DNA of 64,000 nucleotides from Ruditapes philippinarum (Eukaryota): NCBI RefSeq assembly GCF_026571515.1, contig NW_026864100.1, positions 124,001 to 188,000 of the forward strand, read 5' to 3'. Shown piece by piece: positions 55,383 to 64,000 of this stretch (position 1 is its first letter; each line of letters starts with the position of its first letter). The notes under the pieces were generated by a model. It saw only the letters and a program-made list of their open reading frames with translations, ran no database searches and was not told where the DNA came from. The position numbers and the translations under genes were made by a program.

Positions 55383-57416
55383 TTAATTGACAATTATTGA
55401 TTGGGTCCTCGCTTATGGTCAAGCACATGACATAAAAACGTTTTTGATCAATTTTCGTTATATCATGAAATTAATTATTTGAATAATAACATGTATACCA
55501 TGTTTATGGCAAATATTTGACGATTCCAATTGTTCATAAGTTCAAATTGTAGCCATTATATATTTTGCCGTAATGCTTGCAGAAATTTTTCTATGCGGCA
55601 ATATTTGATGAAAGTATGCGGCAATATTTTATGAAAGTATGCGGTAAAAGTGTGTAACAAATTTTGCAAGCATATCGTTAAAAGTACAAAAGCTACATTG
55701 GACAATTACGTTCTCACTGGAATTATATGAACACGTAAATATGTACTTTAGGTATTGTGTCATAATTTAAAAGCGTACATATGTACTTTCAGGTATTATA
55801 TCATAATAATATGAAAATGTAAATACGTAAATGTTCTTTTTATATTCATTGTCATATAATGTCATAATTTTATGATTTGTTTTCTCTCTGCGTTTCATTG
55901 TGTGACATCGATTTTACTTGACGCACAATAAAACAATAATAATTAATATCCTTGTTTTATCTGTCATTATATGAATCATTCGTGTACGCTTGTAAAACGC
56001 AAAAGTTTTCAAATATATCTAAACTTCGACATTTTACAACATATAGATATTCTGTGTTTTTTATGAAATTTCATTTAAAAATTACTATGCCCAACTTTAG
56101 TAAACTTTTTTAAAAACAGAAATTTTTTTTAAAGTATGAAATTTTTTATCAATATAAAAAGAAAAAAAATAAACTTTATGGGAAAACTATTCCCCGGGTT
56201 TAGGTAAAGTTTGGGCTTTTTTATATAAAAAAAAAAACAAAAAAAAAACAAAACAAACAAAAAACACACACAAATGACTGCCAGTTTTCACATTGTGACA
56301 ACATATAGTGTGTAGGGTTTAAAAACATAACATATTTTGTATGAAGTAAAAACATGTTTATTTTATATTCATAAAAAATCTGTGTAGCAATCAATTTTGA
56401 GCATAGTATAACTTTACGCTTCTTTCGTTATGCGACATATCCTTTGGTCATATTGTTATTTGTCTTTGTTTGTAGCATGTCTACACTGAAATTAGTTAAC
56501 TAAAGAAGCTTCAGAAGATTACCAGAGGGAAATTGGCAAAATTTGAGTAATTGTTACATTGTTACCGCAGTAAACTCACTTACAATGTCAAAATTCACGT
56601 CTTTTATTTATTTACGTCTGGTATTTTTTTTTACAATAGAAAGAGTTATTGTCGGTAAACATTGTTGAAAATATCAACATATGCATTTAAAAAAAGTTTG
56701 TGTATAAGTACGCCTGATGTTGCTTCTTAGAATTTATTGTTTACATAAAAATTTAAGGTTTAATTATACAAAAATGTATATCAAGTAATAGAAAGAGCAT
56801 GAAAGCGCGAGGCTGTTTGATTTGTACGAGGGGACGTAGCTCGTATACGATTGAACTCTGATACGTTTCTATAGCAATTGTCTCCAAACTATCATACAAT
56901 AATGATTTATACGCTCAGTAGCCTTGACACTACAGTATTATTATTTCCCTGAAGTTGCCGAGGTTAGATGGAATTCGAGGGAGATATAAATAGTATATAT
57001 GAGTATTGGCATTGTAATTTTTATTGGTTTAAAGGCCTTTGTGGTAAAGGCAGCACACTAACAGCACGCTTATTTTTTTTTCTTTTCTTTCAACATTCAT
57101 GTGCTGGAACCATGGTGATTAGCCATTGCCACCAGTATAGAGCCGACCAACCTGTACGGATCTTGACTAGGTTCTTTATTGTATATTTGCATATTTGATA
57201 ATAGTATAAAACATTTTATATTTTGATATTGACATCCCTTTAATGATTGATATGAAAATTCAGCAGAGGTCTATTAACTACATCACAAGACATAAAACTT
57301 GGGCAGATTTTTAAGTGTACTTTATTTAACGTAAATATGATGATATTTTCATTGATTTATAAGGGTTACGTGCAGCTTGGCAGCACGATCATACAACAGA
57401 ATGTCGCCGGAACTTG

Positions 57417-57486
57417 TATATATAACGGGCTGCGCAATCCTGTGTTATTCGTCTTGATCTAAATAAAATCATCATCAAAGCTCAAG
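57417..57486 (+). promoter_or_regulatory. TATA box and non-coding exon 1 of the cysteine-rich peptide gene
   Basis: tatatataa at 57417, Inr-like ttattc about 30 bp downstream, strong donor AAG|gtaagg at 57486/7. Confidence 0.65.
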
Positions 57487-58535
57487 GTAAGGCTTTAATT
57501 TATTATTGTTTATTAGTATTTAGGTTTTAGCTATAACAGTATTCATATGTTTCATAATTTAGAAATTATAGCAAATGATTTGTATTTATTTTAACTTATT
57601 TCATTGGCATGATTTCAACTTCTTTTTACAGAAGGCAGAAGAAAATTAATCGTATTGACATTTTGAAAAAGGCAAACAATGCATAGCGTTTTAACAAGAT
57701 TTCGTAATTTTTATATCAACGGCTTGTGGCAATGCTACAGACCTCCTCATTGCGTTGTTAAATTGATAGATTATCGCTACGTAAATTCATAATTAAGATT
57801 TGAATTGTTTTATAGAAATATATGAAGCTAAAATGTTGAGATAGATTCTATTGTTAATTACGTTTCAGCCTTATGAACTTAATCACAATAACACACTTGT
57901 ACAGTTGTTACGTCATGATATTCTAAGAAATATCATTGTGATAATAGCGTGATATAGAGGCATGGGTCTGTATATACTCCATGAATTGCACGAAAAGTGA
58001 AATATTATTAGTTATAGACGTTGCTGACAGGATATACAGGAACATATAGCTTGAATTAAATAAACGTGAATTGTTACTCTTTTGTCTAAATATATTGTAC
58101 TATAATCCAACGCTTACCTATTGTGCAAAACCGGACTTTTTCGATGATGGCATCGATAGCGTTTTTGATATATTATGTACAAGGACTTAGCATACTAGTA
58201 AATAAGAATAGTAAACAAATCGATATAATCCCTATGGACCATCAATATCCTAATAGTGTTTGAAATATTTTAACGTGCTTACAATATTAGAAACAGTCTA
58301 AGACGAAATGACTAACTTTATATTATTACATAATTAATGCAGTTTTCAGTCTTATATACAAATGCGATGTAATACTGAGATATACATGTATTTGGATATG
58401 TTGCAAAAAGCAAGCTTTTATAAAATGCACAGTGTTCTGGCATATATAAATTGCAATTTGTAAGACAATAAATTCTCCTTTTTTCCAGTAGTTGTGAACA
58501 AAAGTACTCTGATTGTTGTCATACGTACCACGAAA

Positions 58536-59919
58536 ATGGCTCGACTTCTCTGTTTAGTTGTTCTGTTGACCTTGGTATGAACGTTCATCTAGGTTCATCT
58601 ATTTCTTATGTGTTTTTTAAAAATTAAAAAAACCCCTATTTCAAATTTGGGGGTTTTTTTCATTTAGCATGTTTTAAAAATCACGTCAAACATTAAAAGT
58701 CCAACACGTTTTCACAAAGTCCAAAAAACGCCATTTTTTCAATAAATATTCCCAAACTGAAACTGGGAGTAATTTTAAAAGTTTTGTAAAAGAATTAAAA
58801 ATGAAATGTAACACTAAAGAAACATTTTTAAAGTTTTTTTAATAATTTTGACTGAAAAATGATTATAATGTATCTGTTATTTTAGCCTTACTCGAATATA
58901 TCATCATATTTTATCTGAAATAATACATTTTGGTGGTTGTTCTCTATCTTAGTGTAAACTCACAGTTACTTTCTTATCTTCAGACAATTATCCAAACTAC
59001 GGACGCAATCGCAAAGGACTGCCAAGACAAAGAATATTTAGACGTATGTTACATTAGATATTTATGATTGTACCCAGCAGGCACATCAACGTTGTTTCAA
59101 CGTTGAATTATGGTCAGATTTCAACGTTGAAATAAGGTTGGATTTATATTCGGATTTGAAAGTTGAAACAACGTTGAAATTCCAACGTTTGATACAACGT
59201 TGCAGGTACAACGTTGAAGTTTCAATGTCATTTCAACGTTGAAAACCCACCATACTTTAATTTTTGGATATAAAGCACCAAGTTACCAAGTTTAACAAAT
59301 ATCAAGACAATATTAAATACTTCAGATATTTTATTTAAAAAACACAGTTCAGGTGCAGCATATGTCTCTGGACGTATGTTACATTAGATATTTATGATTG
59401 TATATGATAAACAATTGTTAATTCAATTTATTCAATACTACAATATTTATAACGCCTGTGTCATATGTTTGCTGGTAATGTAATCAACGTAAAAGCTCGG
59501 ATAACTTTACCAGTACTCCCATACTTTCCAATTACTAGAAGTTAAAAATATTTGTAATAAGCGATCGAATAGAAACTGATACCTGATACCCTAAGTGTCT
59601 TGTATACATGTCATGAAGTAATTGCAATAAAACAACAGAAGCGAAAGATGGTCCAGGTAATTTACCAATAAGTACATTTTTGGAAACTATATAATAACAA
59701 GAAACCAACCATAAAAGGTTTTGAGAAATATGCATGTACATAAAAGCATTTTTTAGGGACAAAATGGGCCTTTAAGTTAATTTGACAGACATTTCATTCT
59801 ACTTTCAGCGATGTGGCCCTAATGATGAAGGCATATGCACGTGTCCGAACCTAAATGTGAACACGTTTCTAAATTCTGGAAAAACTCCATGCAACAATCT
59901 TGTCTGCAGAAAACCGTGA
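58536..59919 (+). CDS. 69-aa secreted cysteine-rich peptide (signal peptide + 6 Cys)
   Basis: Coding exons 58536-58574, 58984-59043 and 59809-59919, all phase-0 GT-AG. Product MARLLCLVVLLTLTIIQTTDAIAKDCQDKEYLDRCGPNDEGICTCPNLNVNTFLNSGKTPCNNLVCRKP; AAAATGG start context; AATAAA near 59975. Confidence 0.82.
59073..59370. mobile_element. Truncated DNA transposon end (cccagca terminus, caacgttg subterminal repeats; EnSpm/CMC-like)
   Basis: Multiple tcaacgttga palindromes; flanked by a 32-bp direct duplication. Confidence 0.55.
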
Positions 59920-60313
59920 TGATCAAAGTGGATACAGCCAACTTATTTGATATTTCTGATGAACTGACCTAGCTAATAAAATAGCATACAAGCATTATAT
60001 CACTTTTTGTTTTAATTGTTCACATGCGTAGTTATAGTCTCAAAATAATATATATATATATCTAATATACCCGATTTTATTAACCTGTCAGTCGCATATT
60101 TTAGGTCAGTCGTTATGGTTGTAAATACAGTCTAAAGATATAGAACTTTGCCAATATATACTATGCCATTTTGTCAATAACTTGCCGGAAACGATCAAAA
60201 ATAAGACAAGCTTATTTTTTGAGACCATTACAGTTTATCTGACAATCAAGAAACGCAACAACAAAAATCGAACAAATTATAAAACGTCCTTCAAAAGCTA
60301 GAACTACAAATAT

Positions 60314-60639
60314 CACAGGTGGCAGTATCAGTGTTTGGACACCCCATCCTTATAAGCCCCTGGACCCCTACTACAACTTGGAAAAAAAATCAACACTCTA
60401 AGGCTTACTATCAGGTACCAAATACAAAACCATCGATAAAATTATAAAACAAAATTTTTCCACGATCAAAATTATAGCTATATATTTTGATAGTGGAAAA
60501 AAATATCATTTTATCGGTGGTTTTGTATTTGGTACCTTATAGTAAGCCTTAGAGTGTTGAATTATTATTTTTCAAGGTTGTAGTAAGGGTTCAGGGGCAA
60601 ATAGGGTTGGGTGTCCAAACACTGATACTGCCACCTGTG
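60314..60639. mobile_element. Foldback MITE with ~125-bp TIRs
   Basis: cacaggtggcagtatcagtgtttggacaccc ... gggtgtccaaacactgatactgccacctgtg; ctacaaat repeated in both flanks. Confidence 0.85.
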
Positions 60640-61209
60640 CTACAAATCGGCCTAAGAAGCTCAGCTTAGCATCCTTGATGATGTTTCGACCGGAATACTA
60701 CATGAACTACATGAATACACCCTTCGTATTAATATTCTACAATTAACTGAAGCTGTCACGTATATTGGGATAACTATTCCTTAATGTAGACCATGACTGG
60801 ATTTCCCCCCCCCCCCCCGACCTAAAAACTCCTTAAGATTTATCCAAAACAAATCAGAACACATAACAAGTATAGGTAATCTTTATATATGACATAGGAA
60901 TCGTCTCCTATACCAGGGCAGATCCAGCCAATATATGGTTTTGACCTTTTACTCTTTTTATCTGCAAACTTTTATATTTTGAACCAAGCACTTAAAACTC
61001 TTTTGACACACTTTTCTAAAACTTTTCCCAGTTATATAGTCAGATTGATTGAGAGTAACACATCAATGAAAATTGGAGTTTACGTACTAACGTTACTATG
61101 TATAAGAGGGTATGTACCATAAATGTTAATGAGATAATTGATAAAATGTGTGAAAACTTACAAGTAATGGAAAACTCTTACTGAAAAATGGATTCCATCC
61201 AAAAAAAAA

Positions 61210-63100
61210 CTTCATTTAGGGATCACCTTCCCTGGGTCAACCATTATGTCAAGAGACTGATCAGCTAGAAAGAGAAATCGGGCCTTAAAAAAGGTAAATA
61301 AATCAGGATCATCTTCTGATCGTAAAAAAGTTCCTTGACATGAAACATCTAGTGCGGAAAAAAGGTTAAAGAGGCTTATAACCAGTATTTTGAAAACATT
61401 CTAAATTTAAGCAACGCCGATGCCCAAAATGGTCACAAACCAAACACTAGAAAGCTGTACTCCTTAATTAAATATTGAAAAAAAAGAAACATCTGCTACA
61501 CACCCATTAAAGTATGAAAATAAATTTCACCATGATGACGTCTCAAAGGCTACAGCTTTAAATAAACAGTTTCAGTTAGTCTTTAGCCTCAAATCTCCAC
61601 TATGCTCCTTGAAATGAACCCTAAGCATGATCAATCCGTCCCTTCTGTGCCAGATATCCAAATAGGAGCAAAAGGAATTGAGAAACTTCTCAATAAACTA
61701 AACCCTCATAAGGCCTTTGGTCCGAATAAAATTAAACCAATTGTTCTCAACACACTTTCCAAAGAGCTCTCTCCAATCCTAGAGGTTATCTTCCAAAAGT
61801 GATGAAGGCTCATTGCCATCCCAATGGAAATCTGCCCATGTAGCCCCAATCTTCAAGAAATACGATAGGTCAGTCCCTGCCAATTATAGGCCAATGTCCT
61901 TAACATGTGATTTGTGTAAGGTTATGGAACACATAGTTTCCTCTTCCATTGTTAAACACTTCAAAAACCATAACATTCTTTACCACCTCCAACATGGTTT
62001 CAGAGAAAAAAAGGTCAAGTGTTACGCAACCTGTTATGCTGGTAAATGACCTGGTCACCTCAGTATATGAGAAAAAACAAGTAGATCTAATTCTTCTAGA
62101 TTTCAGTACTTAAGGCTTTCGACAAGGTCAGTCATAAGAAAGTACTGCTGAAAATACATGAAGTCCTATGGAATCAGAGGTCAAACTCTAAAATGGGTAA
62201 AATGTTTTCTAGATTACAGACTGCAGTCTGTTGTGCCAAATGGCAGCTGCTCTAACCCTATCCAAGTATCCTCTGTTCTAGGACCCCTCCTGTTTCTCGC
62301 CTATATAAATGACCTCCCATAAAACATAAATTCCGAGGTCCGCTTGTTTGCAGACGACCCTGCAATATACATTGGTCTGACATCTGCAAACAAATAAGTC
62401 ACCCTCCAAAATGACCTAAATCGGTTAGAAAAGTGGGAGTTGAAGTGGAATAAGGAATTTAAACCCTCCAATTAAGTGTCAAGTTATTCGCGTCGCAAAA
62501 AGGAAACATCCTATCCCAACACGTACAATACTACCTCTATTGAGTCCAATTAGAATCGGTTACCTCAGCTTAATACCTAGCGTGGATATATCAGAAAACC
62601 TCACATGTGATGCCCATATAGACAGGACATCCAAGAAAGCAACCAAACCTTAGGATTCCTTCGAAGAAACATATAAAGGTTAAATCCCAATCCATTAAGT
62701 CCATTGCTTACTGGACGTATGTCAGGCCCCAGCTTGAATATGGGTTCGAAGTATGGTCTCCTCACAGCAAAACACAAATAGATCAAATCGAAAATGTCCA
62801 AAGAAGAGCAGCCAGATGGATTAAGTTAGATTATGGTCAGACCTCTAGCGTCACGGACATGCTTCACTCCCTTTAGCTTAGAAAACTGGAACTCAGACGT
62901 ATAAATGCTAAGTTATCCCTTTTCTATAAGATTCACCATGGTCTGGTTGCTATCCCCATAGAATAATATTTGACACCCTCTCCCGATCACGCCTTATGTT
63001 ATAGGTTATTCACAGCAACTTCAGACTATTACAAATTTTTATTCTTACCTAGGACGGTATACCACTTTAACCACCTGCTGTAGCCATATAGCTTGCATCG
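61210..63100 (+). pseudogene. Degraded LINE (CR1/L2-like) ORF2 reverse transcriptase
   Basis: WKSAHVAPIFKK, NYRPMSLT, QHGFR, DFS/KAFDKV, LGPLLFLAYINDLP, RLFADD, RPQLEY motifs with many frameshifts and stops. Confidence 0.92.
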
Positions 63101-63355
63101 AACATCGCTCACCCTAGTTTTCCAGCTCCTGTTTTAAACATTTTTAATATTATTATATCCTCTTTTAAACAACTCTTTTTAACTTTCTTGCGATTTTTGA
63201 CGCGCAAACATGTCTATCGAGGCCGATGTTTGACATTAACGGAGATAGAGACCTCCAGGTATCTAACGTAAACTCCAGGATTTAGTCTAGTGGAAACCGG
63301 ACTGTGAGAGACCGGATACCGTCGATTAGTATGTTCACTACGCGCTCAAATCAAA

Positions 63356-63698
63356 ATGGCTGTCAAAATAAAAATGTTAGGCCTACATGAAATGTTAGAA
63401 GAATCAGATTTTAAAGAGCTGATGAAGCATAAAAGAGAAATTCTTAACTTTATAAAGAAAATAGAAACACTTCAGTTGGTGGCTGTCAATATTTCGAATT
63501 GTAATGGAACGTGTAATTACTTATTCACAGATGCTTACGTTGAATATACGAGGACTGGAGCCTGTGTATTTTACAAAACGTTGTTTGAAATAGAAGTTAT
63601 AAAACATTTTATTGAGAGCGGGGTCTTGCCTGATGAACTTCCATGGAAGAAAACGACAGTGCTTAAGTCATTAACAATCCTGGCAAGATGGCTTGCAG
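63356..63698 (+). CDS. First coding exon of an uncharacterised gene, probable paralog of the 36305-46375 gene (continues beyond window)
   Basis: AAAATGG start, 114 codons + 1 nt, donor CAG|gtatat (phase 1, as in the other gene), similar length and weakly similar motifs. Confidence 0.6.
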
Positions 63699-64000
63699 GT
63701 ATATTTACCTGTTTACTGTACAGTAGTGTTTGACACTTTCCTTAATCAGGTTAACAGGTTAATTCTTCCTTAGAATTGGTTACCATTTGCTTCACTTTAA
63801 ATATTGAAAATTGCCCCATTTAAAAAGGCGTTTCATCCTACTGATGATTCGTCCCATACTAGCTCACCTAGTTGGTAATTGGCAAGGGGTGTAAGTTTAC
63901 TCTAACCACGGATTTATATTACAAATCCGTGCTCTAACAATATTGCAAAAACCGTATTTTAATATATTGCCATTTTGCAGAAGTGTATTGCAATAGATTG

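Noticed and set aside
47300-56900. Many 60-90-aa AT-rich ORFs
   Set aside because: Low-complexity F/I/K/L/Y composition, no motifs and no coherent splice structure found

Overview
AT-rich, intron-containing animal genomic DNA. The repeat families (HINE/pearl-like elements with ~166-bp satellite arrays, palindromic MITEs, tRNA-derived SINEs) suggest a bivalve, probably a venerid clam; this is inference. Recognisable genes: a Sulfotransfer_2-type carbohydrate sulfotransferase (minus strand), two class A peptide GPCRs with single-exon CDSs, and a spliced cytidine deaminase. Three further genes appear only after manual splicing. (i) A 3-exon, 398-aa minus-strand protein with a possible PD-(D/E)XK-like C-terminal domain. 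(ii) The first exon of an apparent divergent paralog on the plus strand at the window end, which shares a distinctive promoter motif with (i). (iii) Between them, a 4-exon gene with a TATA box encoding a 69-aa secreted peptide with six cysteines, absent from the ORF track. The rest is transposons (including a multi-level nested insertion), LINE remnants, minisatellites (one has a cryptic Asp-rich frame) and some poorly polished sequence. No prokaryotic features, CRISPR arrays or rRNA were seen. All calls were made by eye, without database searches.
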